DNA of 64,000 nucleotides from Alkalispirochaeta sp. (GTDB lineage: Bacteria > Spirochaetota > Spirochaetia > DSM-27196 > Alkalispirochaetaceae), in the NCBI GenBank assembly GCA_965601925.1, contig OZ271854.1, positions 4,192,001-4,256,000 of the forward strand. The letters run 5' to 3'. Below are positions 57,589 through 64,000 of this stretch, in pieces (position 1 is the first letter of the stretch; each line of letters starts with the position of its first letter). A program made the position numbers and the translations under genes. Under the pieces are notes generated by a model. That model made no database searches. It was not told the DNA's origin and worked only from the letters and a program-made list of their open reading frames with translations.

Positions 57589-57703
57589 CGAGTGCGTAAT
57601 GTATCATATGTACGCAAAAATGTGAGGGGTTACCGCGCGAGAACCATAAACTGGGTATAAACGATGAGACGGCAAGGCGTCCGGCATCGCCTCGCCTCCC
57701 CGG

Positions 57704-58276
57704 TCACGTCAACACGTCGCCGACCGGAAGATCGCCCATAAAACTTAACGCCTCCACGCAGTGCTCGAAGAGCCGCATGCACTGCCGAGCATCGTCGCGG
57801 GCGCGGTGCGCCGTGTTGGCGGGAATACCGAGCATTTCCACCAAACTTTGGAGGGCGTAACTCTTCTTGCCGGGAAAGGCCTTCTGCGCCAATACCTGGG
57901 TGTCGAGGATGCGGTTCCCGATCGTCGGAAGCCCGGCGCGCTGGAGTTCCGCGCGCAGAAAACCGGTATCGAACTCCGCGTTGTGGGCCATCAGAATCGA
58001 ATCGCCCAAAAACTCGACGAATCGCGGGAGGACATGTGCCACCGCCGGCTTGCCGACCACCATCTCGTCGGTAATACCGCTCACCTTTGCCGCATCGGGG
58101 TGAATGGCCACCCCGGGGTCGGCGAGCTCACCGAACGCTCCGGTCTCCTCTCCGATCGTGAAGCGGACCGCCCCGAACTCCACGATGCGATCGACCGCCG
58201 GATGTAGTCCCGTCGTCTCGAAGTCGAACGCCACGAATGTGAAATCGGTGACCGGGCGGGTAGTATCGATTGTCAA
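57704..58276 (-). CDS. DEDDh 3'-5' exonuclease (DnaQ/PolC-like)
   Basis: FDFETTG, AHNAEFD, LDT, HRA.DDA. Confidence 0.92.
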   Translation of the reverse strand: MTIDTTRPVTDFTFVAFDFETTGLHPAVDRIVEFGAVRFTIGEETGAFGELADPGVAIHPDAAKVSGITDEMVVGKPAVAHVLPRFVEFLGDSILMAHNAEFDTGFLRAELQRAGLPTIGNRILDTQVLAQKAFPGKKSYALQSLVEMLGIPANTAHRARDDARQCMRLFEHCVEALSFMGDLPVGDVLT

Positions 58277-60048
58277 CGTTGCGCCTCCTCGATGATAGAA
58301 CGAATGTCGGCCGCGATTGAGGCGATCTGGCCGGCGACGATCGGCTTGGCGACCGTCGGATCGGTACCGGCCTCCCCGTGGCAGCTGGCGTAGAACTTTA
58401 TCTTAGGTTCGGTTCCCGAGGGACGCATGCTCACCTTCGCCCCGTTCGTCAGATAAAACTGCAAGACATTGGATTTCGGAAGCCCCGGCCCCGCCTCTCG
58501 TATGCCCGACGCGGGATACGAAATCGTATCGGCCTGTATGTCGACGATGCGCTCGATCGTCGAGCCGCCGAACCGTGCCGGTGGATTATCGCGTAGGCGC
58601 GCCATTACGCCGGCCATGATCTCTTTCCCCGCCTGCCCTTCGAAGTAGGTCGAGATCGTCTCCTCCTGCCAGTACCCGAACTCCTTCCACAACTGCTCCA
58701 GGCGCTCCAGCACGCTGACACCGTGTCGGCGCCAATGGAGCGCCATTTCGATGGTAAGCATCGTCGCGGTAATGCTGTCCTTGTCGCGGACCTCCGTGCC
58801 GATGAGATAGCCGTAACTCTCCTCGTCTCCCATGACGTACTCGAGGTCGCTCGATTCGGTCTCCAGTCGCCGCATAATCGATGCGATGTGTTTGAAACCG
58901 GTCAACGTTTCGAATACCGTAGCACCGTGGTGTTCGGCAACGGCGCGTTGCATCTCGGTGGTAACGACCGTCGTGACGAATGCGGGCTTCGGCGGGAGCG
59001 TTCCCAGCGCCTTACGCTGCCCCAGGATATAATCGGCGAGGAGAACGCCGAGCTGATTGCCGGTGACCAACACCATCTCGTCACCGCTCGGCACCGCGAT
59101 CCCGAGACGATCCGCGTCGGGATCGGTACCGAGCACGATGTCGGCGCGTTCCTTTTTTCCGAGCTCGACCGCCATTGTCATGGCGCTCGCCTCCTCCGGG
59201 TTGGGAAAGTCGACGGTGGGAAACTCGCCGTCCGGTTCCCGTTGCTCCGGTACGGTGATGACGTTGACACCGAGCTCTCCCAGGACGCGCTCGACCATAA
59301 GCGCGCCGGTTCCGTGAAGCGGTGTATAGACCGCACGCACCTCACTCCCCTTTTCCCTCAATAAGTCGGGTTGCACCGATTGGCGCTTTACCATGGCGAC
59401 GAACGCGTCGTCGATGTCGGCGTCGATGTGCTCGAGCAGCCCCCGTTCGATCGCCTGCTCGCGCTCCATCCGCACGATCTCATCGGGCTTGACGGCCATC
59501 ACCTCGTCGATGATGCGCTCGTCATGGGGCGCTACGATCTGCGCGCCGTCGCTCCAGTAGACCTTGTACCCGTTGTATTGCGGCGGGTTATGACTGGCGG
59601 TGACCATGACACCGACCGATGCACCGAGGGTTCGTACCGCAAAGGAGAGCTCCGGCGTCGGCCGCAACGCGGAGAAGAGATACGCCTTGACGCCGTGGGC
59701 GGCGAAGACCAACGCGGCCGATAGGGCGAACTCGCGCGAATAGCGGCGACTATCGTAGGACAATACCGCGGCACGGCTGCCGTCCGGACGAGTATCTCCC
59801 TCTCTGGACACATACCGCGCAAGGCCGGTCGTCGCCCGATCTACGACAAAGGGGTTAATGCGGTTAAATCCGCCGCCGATCACACCGCGCAGTCCGCCGG
59901 TACCGAACTCGAGGTCGGTGTAAAAACGATCGTGAAGTTCCGTCCAGTCTTCCGCCGCGATAAGCTCGCTGACTCCGTCGGCGAACTGCGCATCCTGTTC
60001 CGCCGCGACATAGATGTGCGCCTTTTGCAACAGTTCCTGTTGATCCAT
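58273..60048 (-). CDS. pgm: Phosphoglucomutase/phosphomannomutase
   Basis: LEFGTGGLRG, TASHNP (phospho-Ser), DPDADR, TGFK, EESYG, RPSGTEPKIK; start ATG 60048. Confidence 0.93.
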   Translation of the reverse strand: MDQQELLQKAHIYVAAEQDAQFADGVSELIAAEDWTELHDRFYTDLEFGTGGLRGVIGGGFNRINPFVVDRATTGLARYVSREGDTRPDGSRAAVLSYDSRRYSREFALSAALVFAAHGVKAYLFSALRPTPELSFAVRTLGASVGVMVTASHNPPQYNGYKVYWSDGAQIVAPHDERIIDEVMAVKPDEIVRMEREQAIERGLLEHIDADIDDAFVAMVKRQSVQPDLLREKGSEVRAVYTPLHGTGALMVERVLGELGVNVITVPEQREPDGEFPTVDFPNPEEASAMTMAVELGKKERADIVLGTDPDADRLGIAVPSGDEMVLVTGNQLGVLLADYILGQRKALGTLPPKPAFVTTVVTTEMQRAVAEHHGATVFETLTGFKHIASIMRRLETESSDLEYVMGDEESYGYLIGTEVRDKDSITATMLTIEMALHWRRHGVSVLERLEQLWKEFGYWQEETISTYFEGQAGKEIMAGVMARLRDNPPARFGGSTIERIVDIQADTISYPASGIREAGPGLPKSNVLQFYLTNGAKVSMRPSGTEPKIKFYASCHGEAGTDPTVAKPIVAGQIASIAADIRSIIEEAQR

Positions 60049-60076
60049 CTCTTCCTCCTCTACCACGCCGCAGCGT

Positions 60077-60790
60077 TCAGTACACTCCCAGTGCTCGACC
60101 GAGCTCCACGGCACTGTAGCACATATGGGTCGCCCCGGCGGCCGCAACCGCCTCGGGGGTACGAAATCCCCACGCGACGCCTACGGGAATGCACCCTGCG
60201 GTTCGCGCCGTCTCCATATCGACCTCCGAGTCACCGACAAGGGCCACATCGCCCGGATCCACCGCAACGGTCTGTAGGATAGCATACAGCGACGCGGGAT
60301 CGGGCTTGGGCGGCACCCCGTCGATCTGTCCGCGAATCACCTCAAACAGCGCCCGATTTCCGGACAGCCCCAAGGCGTTCCGCGACAACGTGGCCGCGCA
60401 CACTAACTGCGTCAGCCCGTCCGGTTTATTCGAGAGAATCGCCATCGGTATCGACGCGGCGTCCAACGCACGCACGATATCGGGAACTCCGGGATACGGT
60501 CTGGTATGATCCGCCGGATGTCGGGCATAGTACTCGCGCGCCCGCCGTGAGAGCTCGTCTACCAACGAGTCGTCGGTCGGGTCACCGGTCGGAAGCGACA
60601 GCTCGATGAGGTGCCGCATTCCCCAACCGACGCGCTGCGTGTACGTTTCGACGGGCGACTCGGGATATCCCATGGATGCAAGGGCGTAGTTCACCGCCGT
60701 TGCGATATCGGCAAGGGTATCCAGAAGCGTACCGTCCAGATCGAACACGACGGCTCGGGGTGTGGTGAAATCGTCGGTACGGCGTGACAC
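60077..60790 (-). CDS. HAD family hydrolase (phosphoglycolate phosphatase-like)
   Basis: FDLDGTLLDT, LSNK, KPDP, VGDS.VD. Confidence 0.9.
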   Translation of the reverse strand: MSRRTDDFTTPRAVVFDLDGTLLDTLADIATAVNYALASMGYPESPVETYTQRVGWGMRHLIELSLPTGDPTDDSLVDELSRRAREYYARHPADHTRPYPGVPDIVRALDAASIPMAILSNKPDGLTQLVCAATLSRNALGLSGNRALFEVIRGQIDGVPPKPDPASLYAILQTVAVDPGDVALVGDSEVDMETARTAGCIPVGVAWGFRTPEAVAAAGATHMCYSAVELGRALGVY

Positions 60791-60861
60791 GCTGGGAACG
60801 GTATCGTCGAAGGGCCGCAGTGGTCAATCGGATGTGTGACAATCGATCGAAGGAGTGGTCG

Positions 60862-61683
60862 GTGCAGAAGGGGCACGAAGGTTTCGACGCGTACTACGGT
60901 GAGCTATTCGGTGATCGGTGGAATGCGCTCTCGACGGCACTCACCTCACCACGCCGCCACGCCGCCTACACTCGTGGGCTCACGAAGGCGTACTACCTGG
61001 ATCCGGCATCGATCGTTGCGGCGCATCTACTTCCGCTCGATGGAGCGCAACGAGTGCTGGACATGTGCGCCGCCCCGGGCGGCAAGGCACTCATCATCGC
61101 CGGGCGCCTTCCCGACGGGGCAACACTGGTAGCCAACGAGCGCTCTCGCCGACGCCGCGCACGCCTCGCCGCGGTATTGGACGAGCACCTGGATTCACCG
61201 ATACGGTCGAACATACGGATTACGGCCCACGACGCCGGCCGTTGGGGACTCCACGAACCCGATACCTACGACGCTATTCTGGCGGACGTACCTTGTTCTT
61301 CGGAGCGACACGTGCTGGTCTCTCCGGAAGATCTGGAGCGATGGAGCGTGCACCGGATCAAGCGGCTCGCACTGACACAGTTCGCGATTCTCGCCGCGGC
61401 GATCGACAGCGTACGCCCCGGCGGATACGTTCTCTACGCAACGTGCGCCCTTACTCCCCGTGAGAACGACGATGTCGTCGGGAAGGCGCTACGTCGACGC
61501 CAAAACGTCGAAATCGTCCCGTTACCGCCGGATGCAGCGATATACGAGCACGACGAACCATTTGTCGCGACACTTCTGAGCGCGGCAGAGGATACGGAGT
61601 ACGGCATCCACATGCTGCCCGATGTCGGGCACGGCGCCGGGCCGATATATTGCGCGCTCCTGCGCAAAGCGATTCAACCGTAG
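60862..61683 (+). CDS. RsmB/RsmF (NOL1/NOP2/Sun) RNA m5C methyltransferase
   Basis: LDMCAAPGGK, ANE, ADVPCS (motif IV), YATC (motif VI); start GTG 60862 behind AGGAG. Confidence 0.88.
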   Translation: MQKGHEGFDAYYGELFGDRWNALSTALTSPRRHAAYTRGLTKAYYLDPASIVAAHLLPLDGAQRVLDMCAAPGGKALIIAGRLPDGATLVANERSRRRRARLAAVLDEHLDSPIRSNIRITAHDAGRWGLHEPDTYDAILADVPCSSERHVLVSPEDLERWSVHRIKRLALTQFAILAAAIDSVRPGGYVLYATCALTPRENDDVVGKALRRRQNVEIVPLPPDAAIYEHDEPFVATLLSAAEDTEYGIHMLPDVGHGAGPIYCALLRKAIQP

Positions 61684-61722
61684 TGACACGCACCGGCACC
61701 TCAGCTACACTCCCACGACCCA

Positions 61723-63882
61723 ATGGATGAGCTTTTAGAACGCCTTAACCCCGAACAGCGCGAGGCGGCGACGACGATCGACGGCCCGCTTCTTATTATC
61801 GCCGGCGCGGGCAGCGGCAAAACCGGTGTGATAACCACACGCATAGCATACATGATCCTGCAGGGCGTCGACCCGGCTTCCATACTCGCTATGACCTTTA
61901 CCAACAAGGCCGCCGGAGAGATGCAGGAGCGCGTTCGAGAGATCCTCCAAGGTATCGAACAGAGCGGAGCGCTCCCAATCTGCGGTTCCCCGCGGACACA
62001 GGTTGTGTCGGCCGACGACAAACAGTCACGCCCCCTCACCGCCAAGGCGGCCGCCAAAGCGTTAACGATCAGCACCTTCCACGCCTTCGGGTTGTCGGTC
62101 CTGCGGCGCTACGGAAGAACGCTCGGCTATCGCCCGGCCTTCACCGTCTATGACGTCGGCGACCAGATCGCACTTCTCAAGGAAGCGGCCAGAGAACTAC
62201 GCATCAATCCGGAGGACCTCGAGATTTATACGGTGCTCCAGCTCTTCTCAGGCGTAAAAACCGGACGCGTGACCTGGAACGATGAACGATGGTACGAGAT
62301 GGCGGGCGCAATCGGGCCGAACGGCGGTGTACGCGGAGTCTCGACGTTCCAGGAGCTCTACCGCAGCTACCAGGAGCATCTGGTCACCTTCAACGCGGTG
62401 GACTTCGACGATCTCATCGTCAAACCGTTGGAACTCCTCCGCGAGCACCCGAAAATACGCGGTTACTACGCCGATCACTACCGCTACGTCATGGTCGACG
62501 AGTTTCAAGACACCAGCACGATCCAGTATCGCGTGCTCTATCAACTCACCCACGAGTGGAAAAACGTCTGCGTCGTGGGCGACGACGATCAGTCTATCTA
62601 CAGCTGGCGCGGGGCGGACTACACCAACCTCGAGAACTTCGAGCGTGACTTTCCACATTTCAAAGAGATCAAACTGGAGCGGAACTACCGCTCCACGGGG
62701 CAGATACTGCAGGCGGCCAACGCGGTGATCGCCAACAATACCAATCGCAAGGTCAAGGAACTGTGGACGCACATCGACGCGGGCAATTTAATCGAACTTT
62801 CGTTCCCCGACGACGACGGCGAGGAGGCGCAGTTCATCGCCGAGAAAATCAAGCTCCTCGCCTATCGGGAGAGCCTCACCTACGACTCATTCGGGATTCT
62901 CATCCGCACAAACAGCCAAGCCAGGGTGATCGAGGAGGCGCTGTTGGAGGCCGATCTCCCGTATCGCATGTCCGGCGGTCAGAGCTTCTTTCAACGCAAG
63001 GAGATCAAGGACGTCGCCGGCTATCTGCGGGTGATTCTCAACCCCGACGACGACGTGAATCTCCTACGAACGATCAATACGCCGCGCCGAGGCATCGGGC
63101 GGCGCACCGTCGAGCAGCTCCACACCGTCGCCGACGGGCGCAAGATATCCCTCTACTCAGCGATCAGCCTGGTGATCCACGGCGAGATTCCGCAGCAGGA
63201 ACATGGAATCGGTAAGGCCGCTCTCGGTAGCCTCGAGGAGTATGTGGAGCTTATCGAGCGGTATCAACAGCGGTTCGAGGAGAGCAAACACATCGCCGCC
63301 ACGACCCAGCGCTTGTCGGACGAACTCGACTACTGGGGCTACCTTGTCCAGGAACATCAGAAGAGCGAACGTACCGCCAAGGCGAAATGGAAAAACATCG
63401 GCTTCTTCATCCGCTCCATCGACCGCTACGAAACGAATCCCGACGTGCTGGCGCCGTCGCTTCAAGGCTATCTCAACCGTATCAGTCTGCAAACGCGCGA
63501 CGAGTTGTCGGACGAGGAGACGAAGGGGAAGGTGCACCTCATGACGATTCACGCGGCCAAGGGGCTCGAATACGACATCGTATTTCTTGCGGGGGTCGAA
63601 GAGGGCATTCTCCCCCACGCCCGCAGCGTGGAGGAGAACGACGGCAACGTCGAGGAAGAACGTCGCCTCTTCTACGTCGCGATCACCCGGGCGCGCCAGC
63701 GACTCTACATGACGACGTGTCGCCGACGGCAGGTTCAGAACGAAATTGTCGAGTCCTCTCCCTCCCCTTTTATTGAGGAGATCCCCGCCGAGCTCCTCGA
63801 AAAGACCGCCACCGACCCGACCGCCGGCCTCGACACGCCCGCCGACCCCTTTGCGGCGCTTAAGGCGCGGTTCGGGGAATGA
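61723..63882 (+). CDS. UvrD/Rep/PcrA superfamily 1 DNA helicase
   Basis: AGAGSGKT, TFTNKAA.EM.ER, TFHAFG, VDEFQDT, VGDDDQSIYSWRGA, LERNYRS, MTIHAAKGLE, EEERRLFYVAITRA. Confidence 0.95.
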   Translation: MDELLERLNPEQREAATTIDGPLLIIAGAGSGKTGVITTRIAYMILQGVDPASILAMTFTNKAAGEMQERVREILQGIEQSGALPICGSPRTQVVSADDKQSRPLTAKAAAKALTISTFHAFGLSVLRRYGRTLGYRPAFTVYDVGDQIALLKEAARELRINPEDLEIYTVLQLFSGVKTGRVTWNDERWYEMAGAIGPNGGVRGVSTFQELYRSYQEHLVTFNAVDFDDLIVKPLELLREHPKIRGYYADHYRYVMVDEFQDTSTIQYRVLYQLTHEWKNVCVVGDDDQSIYSWRGADYTNLENFERDFPHFKEIKLERNYRSTGQILQAANAVIANNTNRKVKELWTHIDAGNLIELSFPDDDGEEAQFIAEKIKLLAYRESLTYDSFGILIRTNSQARVIEEALLEADLPYRMSGGQSFFQRKEIKDVAGYLRVILNPDDDVNLLRTINTPRRGIGRRTVEQLHTVADGRKISLYSAISLVIHGEIPQQEHGIGKAALGSLEEYVELIERYQQRFEESKHIAATTQRLSDELDYWGYLVQEHQKSERTAKAKWKNIGFFIRSIDRYETNPDVLAPSLQGYLNRISLQTRDELSDEETKGKVHLMTIHAAKGLEYDIVFLAGVEEGILPHARSVEENDGNVEEERRLFYVAITRARQRLYMTTCRRRQVQNEIVESSPSPFIEEIPAELLEKTATDPTAGLDTPADPFAALKARFGE

Positions 63883-64000
63883 TACGGCGCGTCTCGAACC
63901 CGTCTTGGATGAGGGCTCCCCAAGGCGCTGTTCTCGAGTGAAACAGACCGACGTGAGTGATCGTCGTACATCCGTCGAGTCGGCGGTGCCGGCGGTCCAT

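Overview
High-GC chromosomal window from a free-living spirochaete (Spirochaetota). The assignment rests on a class I LysRS, a spirochaete-type CheY, spirochaetal lipoboxes and a MoxR/Bat operon. Most of the window is housekeeping, metabolic and chemotaxis genes. The main accessory feature is a ~7.9 kb, visibly AT-richer island integrated at the 3' end of a tRNA-Ile(CAT) gene, bounded by the 13-bp repeat CCGAATGGGCCCA at 33774-33786 and 41687-41699. Its tyrosine integrase has been cut off by an IS3-family (IS407-group) element. The cargo includes a tightly coupled three-gene operon: an N4-C/N6-A DNA methyltransferase, a SIR2-like protein and a DUF262 protein with no recognisable nuclease domain. 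This is the best candidate for an undescribed anti-phage system. A second candidate is a ~80-nt sigma54-dependent small RNA (-24/-12 promoter, upstream palindromes, intrinsic terminator) directly downstream of an NtrC-family activator gene. Other oddities are a DEAD-box-derived protein lacking its DEAD motif, a one-cysteine DksA, a trans-envelope-type MlaD and a BatD-BatE fusion. All family calls come from motifs read by eye; no database searches were run. Start codons were adjusted by hand where the ORF track overextends.
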